Origin: the human T2T-CHM13v2.0 reference genome, Homo sapiens
Strand: one strand, 5' to 3'
Assembly (NCBI RefSeq): GCF_009914755.1
Contig: NC_060930.1
Length of the DNA stretch: 64,000 bases
A program made the position numbers and the translations under genes. Positions 32,814-43,667 of this stretch are shown here, one piece after another (position 1 is the first letter of the stretch; the number at the start of each line of letters is the position of its first letter). The notes beneath the pieces are model-generated. The model was given only the letters and a program-made list of their open reading frames with translations, did no database searches and was not told where the DNA came from.

Positions 32814-33087
32814 CAGTCGATTATTATTAGTAGCATTATGTTCTATAAAGTCCAAACACTGAATCAGCAAATACTTGACCAATGCTTGCTCCTATTGGAA
32901 ATACAAGGTTAGGTTCCTACAAGCCTTTGGTGACATTTTCATCAACCAATCAATACATAACCCTACTCTGTACATGCACATGTCCACAAATGACAGTGAA
33001 AACACTGTGAGGATTGGGGTTACAAATCAATTTTAGTGAGTAAGCAAATGAGCAAATACAAAATTCAAAAATAATGAGAATCAACTG
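32814..33087. mobile_element. TcMar-Tigger MITE (MER46C-like)
   Basis: TA|CAGTCGATT ... GAATCAACTG|TA: TIRs with TA TSD. Confidence 0.75.
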
Positions 33088-33493
33088 TACTTTCACACAC
33101 TAAGCACTAAACAAATGTTTCAGAATCACATGAACAGATGGATAAAACCATTATCTTACTGAAGTGCTTTCATTACTTCTAGTAATTTCATTATTTTGAT
33201 CCCATCTACGACACTTATATGACACTGAATCCGCCAGCTGTTTGCTAGCAGAACAGCAACCTGAGTCTTTGGGAACCACATCTGTCCTCTGCCTTGCTTA
33301 CCTTGCAAAAAATTGATTTCATTATTTATTTTACTACATCTTTGCTGATAAATATGAAAATACTGGAGAAGCAAACACCATGAAATTCTGTTGGGAAACC
33401 TAGGAATTCAAGTCCTGCCAATAGACTGGAACAAGAAATTACACACCACTTAGGCATCATCAATGAGATACTCTAAACATTCCTATGCTTGAG

Positions 33494-33565
33494 AGTCAGT
33501 ATCACTGCTATGGAAAATGTTATCTGAGTAGTCAGTATCACTGCTATGGATAATGTTATCTGAGT
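33494..33565. repeat. Tandem duplication, 2 x 36 bp
   Basis: AGTCAGTATCACTGCTATGGA(A/T)AATGTTATCTGAGT twice, 35/36 identical. Confidence 0.95.
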
Positions 33566-34660
33566 GAGACAGGCCAGAGTTCCTAAGACAGTTTTCTTCA
33601 CATTTTGTTCTTGAAGAGATAGTTCTCTCATTTGTGACCTCAGCCACTTTCACACATTGTGATACCCTTTGGAAGCATTACACTTCACCTCTTAGGCAAA
33701 CTGAGTTTGCTTTTAAAAAGAAATCCCCATTCTTAAGTGTTTAGTACCAGTTGACCTGCCTGTATTTATTTTCTCATAATCCACAGTCACGCTACACTGT
33801 TTGAAGCTGTGCTGCAAATACTTCAAAAGTTTCTATTCACTTGCTGACACTATAGCTGTTCCACTTCAGATCATTCATTACACAGCCCCCAACTTGCTAT
33901 GCTGCTGTCAAACATCTTGTCCCTCCACTGTAACAGCTGCTAATTCTTTCTTAATATTTAGGAGCCAAATTGTCCCTAGTGACTAAGAAATGCTATGAGT
34001 AGAAACACAGGCATCTAAGCTGTGCACCCTACTAACATGAACTTACTGCACAGAGCAGTGAAGCACAGAAGAATTGTGTCCGCTTATCTTTACATCAGAG
34101 AAAGATTTAAATATGGCACTTCCGCTTTCTTGAAAGTTTCATGTATGTAACCTATTACCTCTAAAACTCTGATTTCCTTCCCTAATACTTAATCATTTCA
34201 TGAGAGCAAGTTTAGTGCTTGAAGAAATGTGGAATTATTATTCTGGTCTCTACGGCAGCATTTAATTTAAAACATAAAATTCTAATTATCGAAGACGACT
34301 ACCAAGGTACTCTTAGCTCTACCACTTACAGAATTACTGAAATACATCACTTAACATTTCTATGCCTCAATTTCCTCATTTGAAAAATGGAGATAATAAT
34401 AATCTCTACACTTCATATATGAAAGTTGCTTTAAAAAACTCAGAAAATATCAGCTCTTATTACCACCTAAGTATAAAAAAATTAGTTTATACCCAGTCAA
34501 CAAAACATTCATCAAAAGATACAATATGACATTGTTATAAAGTGGTTTCTGTAAAATACCTTAATCCAAAATGTCATTTTAACAATTCAGTGGCATTTCT
34601 AAATTGCTAAAACTCTTTTGCTTCCTTGGTGACAAAAATGTAAACATTAAATAGTCACTC

Positions 34661-34897
34661 GGCTGGGTGCCGTGGCTCACTCCTATAATCCCAGCACTTT
34701 GGGAAGCCAAGGCTGGAGGCCTGTTTGAGCCTTAGGAGTTTGAGACCAGCCTGAGCAACATGGTGAAACCCCGGAGGCTGAGGTGGGAGGATCACCTGAG
34801 CTCAGGGAGGTTGAAGCTGCAGTGAGCCACGATCGTGCCACTGCACTCCAGCGTGGGCGACAGAATGAGACCCTGTCTCAAACAAACAAACCAAAAA
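34661..34897 (+). mobile_element. AluJ with deletion of the linker and start of the right arm
   Basis: GGTGAAACCCC joined directly to GGAGGCTGAGGTGGGAGGATCAC; AluJ-type GAAGCTGCAGTGAGCCACGATCG, GAGACCCTGTCTC. Confidence 0.9.
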
Positions 34898-37823
34898 GCA
34901 GTCATCCTCAGCTTTACTTCCAGTATGTCTCACCATTCTGTAGAGTGCTAATTGTAATTCACAATTCTCACTGCCAACTTTGTTCAACTAGCGTTCACGT
35001 TAAAATTTCAAGTTTAGATGACAATGCAAAACTTGCTATATTTCACTAATCTGAGCTAATCTCATAATTAATGACTAAAAGTTTTATATATAATATGCTA
35101 GGCTATTTAGATTTTCAGGTCTTTCATCCTGATATAGGCACCTTGGTCTGCCCTTTTCAACAAGGCAGCCATAAAATTACAGGTTTGTAATTATCTTCAT
35201 TCTTTAGGACTTCATAAGGAGCCATTAAAATAGTTAAACAACATTTTATAGAATAATGTACTGCGCAGACTTTTCACTATGATGACAGTTTGGCCATAGA
35301 GCATGTTCTGATGTCTGGGTTTTTTTTTTTTTTTAATCAGTAGAGAGTGCGTTTGGCCTATGCATTAGTAGATTACTACTAGTCTTGAACAGTTCCATCT
35401 CATGAATCTAACATTTTTCATATTTCAGTATAAATGCCAATAAGTAATTGAGATAAACAGCTTGTTAGGCATTAAATGTTACTGAAATGACCCTAGTCTA
35501 CATTTAGCTTTCCCCCTCCTCATAGATTTACTAAGACAGGGTTCATTGTCCAAATACTGGTGACAGAGTTTAAGAGCTTATATGAGACATATTGAACTAT
35601 GCCTTTCATCAAATTTGCCACACTTACTTTTTCACCAAAAAATGACAAATTCAAAGCCTTATAAGTGGCAACGAACTGATCATAAAACATTATGTGTAAT
35701 GAATTGAATGTATCTTTGCTAGCAAACATTATTTCTGCCAAACAATTCAGAAATAATACCAAACCATTTAAACAGACAGGAATCTGGCCTACAGTCAAGA
35801 AAAGCAATAAAAAAAAAATACCTCAATAGCTGCTTTTTCAAACAAAGAGTCTTTTCCCCTGCTCTGGCACAAAATTTGGGAAAAGAGCCAAGGTGCTACT
35901 TCTCGGCCCTCTGACATCAGGGGAAGACTGTGTGCGTCAGCCGGCCCAGTAGGGACCCCTGGCTTATGACAATGCACCATGTGCTTCTTATCTTATCAGC
36001 TTATAGTGCCTGGCACTTCGGCCATTACTGTGTGAACCCTGGAGGAAGGAAGGTGTTTGTAATTGTGAGAGTGTAGGTTAAAGTTAGGAGCGAAGCAGGT
36101 TTTAGCAACTTATTAACAAAACAAACTGTTCAACATATGGCATTAATAATAATAAAAGCCTCTGCCTTCAAACTCAAACTTAAGAGAAAGTGAGTCTTTT
36201 AAAGGGGTGTTCTAGCTGTATATGAGAACCACTTCCACTCCTACTTATGCAAATAAATGTCAAAGTTGTAGTCCAGAACAGTGACTCCATTACATTCTTT
36301 AAAAAAAAAAAAAGCAATTTGTTAGAAAATGTACGTGTGCCTCTTATATTAGCTCTACTAAAAATGGTGCTTGGGGATTGGGAATAGGTTAACTGCTTTC
36401 AAATGTTGACCAATATTTGCACCTCTAACCAACGCAGGGGACAGAGTTCCACCCACTCAGGTGAGTGGAGCTCAGTCACACCACTGGAGCCAGGATTGAG
36501 GGATTCAAAGAGAATTTGCTAAAGACAGAAACTGTCTCATAAAAACTATTTCACCTCAAAATTAATTTTCAAAAAACCTATCCTTGACTTAAAAATCATT
36601 TTAAAACAACTTTAAAATATTCAGAGAAACATCACACTTGCTACTTGAAAACTAATCTTGTCGATGTAATCAACACGTACATTCTGAATAACAAAAATAA
36701 GAGTTTTACTTACTAGTCTCGGCTCAGACTGTACATTAAAAAGCTCTTTGTTAAAAGTGAGAGTGCATTTATACCATGATTTACAACTATCTCAAACTAA
36801 TACACCTCATAAACTGTCATACTGGTTATACAGCTAATAAAACAATAGATTTCTGATATTACATTATAACTGTTTATTATTCCCTCAAGCTTACCTGTTA
36901 AAACAGGATATGATTCATTTGCTCCCTGCTACTCCTCTATGTGGGTTAGAGGTCATGCCATTATAAACCATGAATAAGTAGAAAAATTATTTACTCCCTC
37001 CTGTGACAAAATTCCCCTCTCTGATGACACCATCCTATCCTTACACCTCATTCTTCCTTTCATAACTTTTGAGTCAGGTATTTGCCCTCAACTGTACACT
37101 GTGGTCACTGTTCATCTAGTTTCTCTCCCATTTGAATTAACTTTGCCTCACCTCATTATTGAGTTTAAAGACCACTGCCGATTACTGCAATAACACCTCA
37201 GCAAGCACCACAGAATTCTTTGCTTAGTCCCACCCCACACTAGGTAAACCCAATCATTCGAGTTTTGTGACCTGCATTTCTAACTGGTTAGAGAAAAATG
37301 CAGTCATGTCAATTCTTTTCTGCCTCTTAGATGGCTCCCTATACTGATCCCACAGCAGCCAGACCAAGACTGTTCCATTACTACTAAGCATCCGGACACA
37401 GCATGATCACCCTGACACGTGACCTAGCCTTTTGTTACTCAGAGGATCCTTTATTTTTCCCCTCCAATGTTTCTCTGAACCTCTACCCACTTTCTAGCTT
37501 CTCTCCTAACTCAGCTGGCTCTCTTTTTTGGTTCTTGATTCCTTCTTTTCCTTGCTCACTCAGTTATTTCCCCTTTATGTCTCACGTCTTCAAACTCTCC
37601 TTGCCCCTTTTAATGTAAAGATTTCTAAGACACTAACACTTCCACCAATCCTGAAACATGATCAACAACAACAAAACATCCTTCACACCTGGTAAACCCA
37701 TCACACCTTCTATTTTTCTTTCACCATCAAAGTCAAAAGAGTAGTCCAGTGCTTATTTTAATGTCCTTAATTCTAATTCATGTGTTAATAATCACCCAAT
37801 GATTTCATTCCCCATAACTGCAC

Positions 37824-38041
37824 TAAAATCATTTTTTGGTTAAACCAACTTTCCAAATTGCTAAATATCATTATCTCAGTCTTCATCTCCCTTGGTCTCA
37901 GTAGTATCAGATATTGTTACTGGAGACTGGATATCATTCTTTGGTTAAAATCATTTTTTGGTTAAACCAACTTTCCAAATTGCTAAATATCATTATCTCA
38001 GTCTTCATCTCCCTTGGTCTCAGTAGTATCAGATATTGTTA
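37824..38041. repeat. Perfect 96-bp direct duplication with 26-bp spacer
   Basis: 37824-37919 and 37946-38041 identical base for base. Confidence 0.97.
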
Positions 38042-38452
38042 ACTAATCCGTTAGTTTCTTGGAAATTTCTCCTACATAACATGGTAAAGCAGGTCATTTA
38101 GCCAATAATAAATTTGCCTAAAGCAAATATGTAACCACCCTATGAAAAATAAAGGGAAAAATCACCCAACTAGAACACCACAGAAATCCTCAAAAGCCAT
38201 TAAAACTAACCCATCCAGTATGAAACACTGTAAACTTTTCGGTGCAATGAAACCCTGTCAATGATACTGTAGGGGGCTTGACTGAAGGTTGGCACCAAAA
38301 AGAGTCAAGGTGTGAACAAAACAAAGTTTTCATCAATTGATAATTTTAATGAATTGGCAGATCAAAACAGAGCTATAGAGTACTAGTTTGCTTCCTGTCT
38401 ATCTGAATGTCCCTTCTAAATTTCTTTTGCTGGCTTCGTGTCCTCTACTCAC

Positions 38453-38489
38453 CTGTTAAATGTTGGGATTTCCTCTCTTCTATCCTCAT
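38453..38489 (-). CDS. PDE10A: PDE10A1 isoform-specific start: MRIEERKSQHLT(G)
   Basis: Minus strand ATG AGG ATA GAA GAG AGG AAA TCC CAA CAT TTA ACA G|GTGAGT; phase-1 donor matches the phase of exon 5488-5616; peptide matches the recalled N-terminus of human PDE10A1. Confidence 0.93.
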
Positions 38490-38580
38490 TCTACATTCTT
38501 TTCCTTCAAAGTCTTCTCTACCCCCATCTCTTCAACTGTAACATCTCTGTGGATGACTTCTATATCTATACCATTAGCTT
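38490..38580 (-). other. PDE10A: Probable 5' part of the PDE10A1 alternative exon (whole exon about 128 nt)
   Basis: Best nearby acceptor TTTTTGTTTTGTTTTTGTTTAG| with AG at 38582-38581; other AGs exist, so this boundary is inferred. Confidence 0.6.
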
Positions 38581-39109
38581 CTAAACAAAAACAAAACAAA
38601 AAAATCAAATAACTAACAGATAATTCTCAGCATGGCTACACTTTAACCTACTTGAATCTTCTCCCTCTTCTCCTCCTTCACCTCCCTCTTTCATATCCCA
38701 TCTCTTTAAGTGAAATCATCCTCCTCTTAAATCATCTAAACTAAATATCCCAGTCATCCTCCAATCCACCCTCTTCTTCAGTCCCTAAATGCAAATCACT
38801 GATTTCTGTCAACAGTACCTTCACAGTGTTTCTGCCTCCTTTAAACCTTCTTCATTCCCACTGCTATTACCTTTGTTCAGACAGTTAGCCATCATTTTCC
38901 CCTCTCAGGGAAGCTCACCATCTCCAGCTCAGAATAAATCCCAATTTGCTACATCAGTCATGGTAATGCTCTCCTTCCCTGAAAGTCATTAGTTTAGCTC
39001 TCACACAGAAAAGTCCACTCTTCTTCCAATGTGCATACCAGGCCTACAGCCAAAGAGCTGATCTTGCCACCATCAAAACAAAGTCCATTAGCAAAGTGGG
39101 AAGGGTAAA

Positions 39110-39265
39110 GAAGCAGATCCGAAGGGTGTGAGTAACTGAATCCATCAATCCTGGAGTTGCCCTTCCTAAAAGGCTCATGTTTTATGACGCCAGTTTTCCC
39201 TATTGTTTAAGTAATCTGAAGCAGGTTTCTCTTACTTGCAGCCAAAAGGTGCTCTAACTGAACAG
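39110..39265 (+). mobile_element. MLT1 (J/K-like) LTR 3' end
   Basis: TTCCCTATTGTTTAAG...TTTCTCTTACTTGCAGCCAAAAG...CTAACTGAACA. Confidence 0.6.
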
Positions 39266-41489
39266 CCCCATGCCAGCGTACAGCCTTCTCCCTCAACTTG
39301 CCTTTCTGGTTTCAGGTCTCCTGATCAATCTTTCTTCACCTACTCTACTCTCAGAAGTACTCTCCTGGGGGACGTGGAGTGATCCTTGGGCCCAAAAGTC
39401 CATGACCAGCCCATGCCCGGCTGGCATTCCAAGACCTTCCAGGGCAGCACGCAACACTCCATGCTCAAGAAACTCTGGGAAGTCTTCTAGGGCTTCAGCA
39501 CAGCAGGAAACTGGGACCACGAAGCTACTGAATGGGCTATAAAGGCCCCACACCCCCAAGGGCACAGGCGACCCCCATCTCTGGGTGCCAAGCCAAGGAG
39601 CTGCCAATGGGCTTTACACCCATGGTTCTGGAGTCCACCTGAGGCACTCGTTCACCCCAGGTCCCCTCACTCTTGGAGCTCCCCACACGTGGGCCGCCTG
39701 CTATGAGTCCCTGCCTCCCAGCCACCATCCACTTCAAGACTGGACTAGAGCAGCCCTCATGCAATCAGCAGCCACAGAGAAGGTGGCACATGACGGGTGG
39801 GCACAGGCACTTCTGATGACATCATGCCCACCCTAGAAACGCCGTCCGCCCGCTTCCGGCCTGGGCTTCCTAGGACGGACGGGAAACTTCCTACAGCTGG
39901 GGAGGGCCCGAGACCCGAGTCCAGCAGCTAGAGGACACAATAGAAAATACACAAAACAAGAGAAACCCAGGAAACTCTCTAAACATGGGCCCTGCCACTC
40001 CTTGCACCGGGTCACCTCTGTGCCATCTCCACAGGCGTCTGCTCGCCCTGACTAGAGACAGGAACCAGGAGTGCCCACTGGGTGAGCCACGACCTTGAGC
40101 TCAGTACAAGCAGGAAGTTCCTGCTTCATTCAATCCGGACTGACTTCAGGTAAATACAGGGGTCCCAATTGTGGGCCGAATCGTCCAGATGCTCAGGGCG
40201 GCCAGCCTCAGCCTAAGGGAAGCCCAGCATCTCTTTTAGTTCAACAGACAGCAGCTTTTCTTCTTCTTTGGATGGCGGCACTCTCAAGAGTTTTGTTTGA
40301 ATTTTTTTTTTTCCCCATGACAAATTAAGTCAAGATTTTGTAAGGGGAAACTTCTTACTCCTCCCCATGGTCCCTACCCTCCCTGCAAGAATCCAGAAGC
40401 ACTGTTGACTGTTACAGATTCCCTTTTGTAAATGCTACAATGCAATGAAACAACATGGTAGGGGCAAAGTCCAATTTAACCAAAAGAACAACAGTCTGTT
40501 TCAGATTTTTATTTAAAAAATTTGATTAGTTCCTCACTGTTCCAGAATAAAGATGAAAAACAGAGTATGGAAGCACCTCCACCATCTGGCCCCAAACAAC
40601 CTTCATCTCCCGCTACTCTCCCCATTCCTATGGTCCTCAAGACTTCCATAAAACCCACACCTATACCTTAACTCTTTCCTACTAAACGCATTTACCCCTT
40701 TTTGGCCACCAAACTCTTTTTCTGTTTTTTTCTTACATGGCATAATATAAAGTCCGTCTCTCCAATTTATTTCTACCCATTTCTGCCTTAGTGTCCCAAC
40801 TGCCCAAAAGTCAATCATGCATCTATTGCGCCTCTGCTAAGTAATGGTAAAATGAAACCACTGCTGCTCCCCTTAAGGGAAGACCGACCACAAACAGCTA
40901 CACATCAGTGGGATAAGAAGTGTCCTAACTGTACATGAGGTCTATAGGAAAAAGAAGAAAAGCAACAGACTAAGTGAGATACTAAGGTCAGAGAAGCTTC
41001 TCACAAACAAATGGACACCCACATTGAGCCTTGTAATCCACGAACAGACAAGACGGAAAGGGCATCTCAGACAGAAGGAACAGCACATACCCTCCCAAGA
41101 AGGCATGAAGGATCAACCTTTTAGGGAAGTCAAAAATTATATATGATGAAAGGCATGTGGAAGAAGTGAAGGACAGCTGCTCAGAGTAAGCAAAGGCAGT
41201 TTAAGGATACTGTATGCCATGCTAAGGACTTCAGAATTTTATTTGTAGGTGGATGGAAACATGCAAGATTTAACCTTGAGAATGATATAAGCAGATGTGG
41301 ATTTTAGAATGCTCTTTACTCCCATAGAAAGAATTGATTGAAGCCAGGAATGCCCATTAGTCAGTCCCACTGCAGCAGTGCAGTTGAGAAACAGTAGCAA
41401 AATAAAACTCATAATTACATGGCAGACTGACAAGACTAGATGACCAGTTACATGCACAAGATCAGGGAGAATGACTGGGATGATACAAG

Positions 41490-42247
41490 TCCTCCCTGAC
41501 TCTTCATTGTCTCTCACACCTCACATCCATACCATTAAGCAGTCCTGTTGTTGCAAACTTCAAAATTCATCCAAAACCTAATCATGTTTCACCTTCCCAA
41601 CAGTCAACACCATCAATTCCAGCCACTATCATCCTTCACCTGGCTACTCCAATAGCTTTCTAACTGGTTAACCTGCATGCATCTATAGTCTGGTCTCAAT
41701 ATAGCACCCTGTCAAAACATAAACTAGATCATGTTGCTGCTCTACTAAAAACCCTCCAACATCCCCTCATCTCACACAGCGAAGGCCAAAGTCCTTACAT
41801 GGCCTGTTCCTCATGACCTCTCTGACCTTGCACAAACTAGGCATACATCCACATCCTGGCCTTTTCCCTAGCTTGTGCCTCTGCCTGGAATACTGTTCTT
41901 TCCTCAGGTGTCTACATCACACCTCCTGCGAGCTATTGTTCAAAATGTCACCGTCTCAAATGAGAGCTACATGGTATTTAATATTGTTGTCTCCCAGCCC
42001 CTACTAGCCCAACTCCTGACCCTCCTCACTCTGTTCTACATCATTTTTCCTGTGGCACTCTAAACTTTCGAATATCCTACATAATTTACTTTTATTTGCT
42101 GTCCATTTATTTTACTAGAATATATGAATTCACAAGGACAGGGCTCTTCCGTTTTGTTCACTGATATATCACAAGCACTTAGAACAGCGCCTGGTCAATA
42201 GCAGGTGCTCAATACATATTTAAATTAATGAATGTTTGAATAAATGA
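41490..42247 (+). mobile_element. L2a 3' end, embedded in minus-strand L2 remnants (about 40950-41480 and 42280-43050)
   Basis: CTCACCTGGCTACTCCAATAGC, CCTCTGCCTGGAATACT, CTTAGAACAGCGCCTGG...GGTGCTCAATACATATTT...AATGAATG. Confidence 0.85.
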
Positions 42248-42742
42248 ACCCAATACTTGGGGTCAGGAGAGAGTCATGAGGAGGAATGGGTCGGGTATGT
42301 CTTCTAGAAATGAAACCTGAGCTGAGCCTTAATGAGAAGAAATTAAGTGAGCAACTAAGTGCTCTGGAATTTCCAGAGATGACAGCATGAGAAGGTAGTG
42401 ATGCAAGAAGGGCATGGGACTACAAACAGTTTGATGTTGCCAGAGCTTAAATAAGAGAAAAAGAGGTAGAAATGAGGCTGGTTTTTGTCAATTAGTGAAA
42501 GGTCCTGATTATATTCCAGCTCAAGTAAGTTTACTGTGAGTTTCTGAAACATCGATCAGCCGTTAGTGAGGACAATTAGTTTTAAGGAAAAAGTAATGTG
42601 CATATATAAGGTAATGGTGATGTAGTTGAGAGATATTTTAAAAACATAACCAGCAGGACTTATTTAATGGACTGAATATGGAGAGAGTGGTGAATGAGAA
42701 TAAAGATAAGTACCACCTTTCAAACTCACATATATATGGTGT

Positions 42743-43022
42743 AATGAGAAAGAAGATGGTAAGTGTCCTACCCAATGAGAAGACAAAGAAGATAGTAAGT
42801 CTCCTACCCAATGAGAAAGAAGATGGTAAGTCTCCCACCCAATGAGAAAGAAGACGGTAAGTCTCCTACCCAACGAGAAAGAAGATGGTAAGTCTCCTAC
42901 CCGATGAGAAGAGAAAGAAGATGGTAAGTCTCCTACCCGATGAGAAAGAAGATGGTAAGTCTCCAACCCAATGAGAAAGAAGATGGTAAGTCTCCTACCC
43001 AGTGAGAAAGAAGATGGTAAGT
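42743..43022. repeat. 31-bp minisatellite, 8 full units plus a partial
   Basis: Unit AATGAGAAAGAAGATGGTAAGTCTCCTACCC; units 2 and 6 are 36 bp. Confidence 0.97.
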
Positions 43023-43288
43023 TCAATTTTTGACTTGTTAAATTATATAATTTTTAGCACATTAAGTTAGAAAAATTGGTGATAAAAATAAATATTAATT
43101 TCCTTTTTAGATCCATTATGGTGACACCATGGAGAAAATAAGAGGTAAGAAAACCTGTCAACAGTTTCAATTCTAACTTTACCACTCATAAAAATATTCA
43201 GGTGTTAATTTAAATCTTTCCTTTCCAAAAGAATACTTTAGACCATTTAATACTAATTAGAACCTCACCATGCTTTGACAGAAGAACA

Positions 43289-43667
43289 GTGCTATGGACA
43301 GAATGTGTCCCCCCAAAATTCATATGTTGAAGCCTTGATCCTCAGTGCAGTGGCATTTGGAGGCAGGGTCCTTGGGAGGTAATTAGGTCATGAGAGTAGA
43401 GCCCTCACTGACAGGATTAGTGCCCTCACAAGAGCTGAGAGAGAGATTCATGCCCTTATAAGAAATGAGAAAGAGATGACTTATCTCTCAAAACATTTCT
43501 CTTGTAAGAAAGCAGCCATCTGTCAACCAGGGAGAGGGCCCTCCCCAGGAACTGCATCAGCCAGCACCATGGTCTCTGACTTCCCAGCCCCCAGAACTGT
43601 GAGAAATAAATGTTTAAAAGTCACCCAGTCTGTGGTACTTGTTGGAGCAGCCCAAATTCACTAAGGC
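43289..43667 (+). mobile_element. MLT1A-like solo LTR
   Basis: TGCTATGGACAGAATGTGTCCCCCCAAAATTCATATGTTGAAG...CCAGAACTGTGAGAAATAAA...CACTAAGGCA. Confidence 0.88.

Larger units (their letters stand above)
37000..39050 (+). mobile_element. Degraded L2 (ORF2/RT and 3' region), fragmented
   Basis: Pyrimidine-rich L2-like motifs CCAAATTGCTAAAT, CTCAGTCTTCATCTC, TTAAATGTTGG, TTCAACT...CATCTCTGTGGATGACTTCTATATCTATA, AGTCATCCT, CAAATCACT. Confidence 0.65.

Noticed and set aside
33494-33565. 36-bp tandem duplication as a functional element
   Set aside because: Simple slippage-type event with AGT microhomology; nothing suggests function.
39270-40328. Overlapping ORFs in the GC-rich island as a processed pseudogene
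   Set aside because: No recognisable protein similarity, no convincing poly-A or TSD; open frames are expected at this GC content.
42664-43026. 120-aa repetitive ORF, or a CRISPR-like array
   Set aside because: Translation of the 31-bp minisatellite; units are head-to-tail without unique spacers, the DNA is primate, and there are no cas genes.
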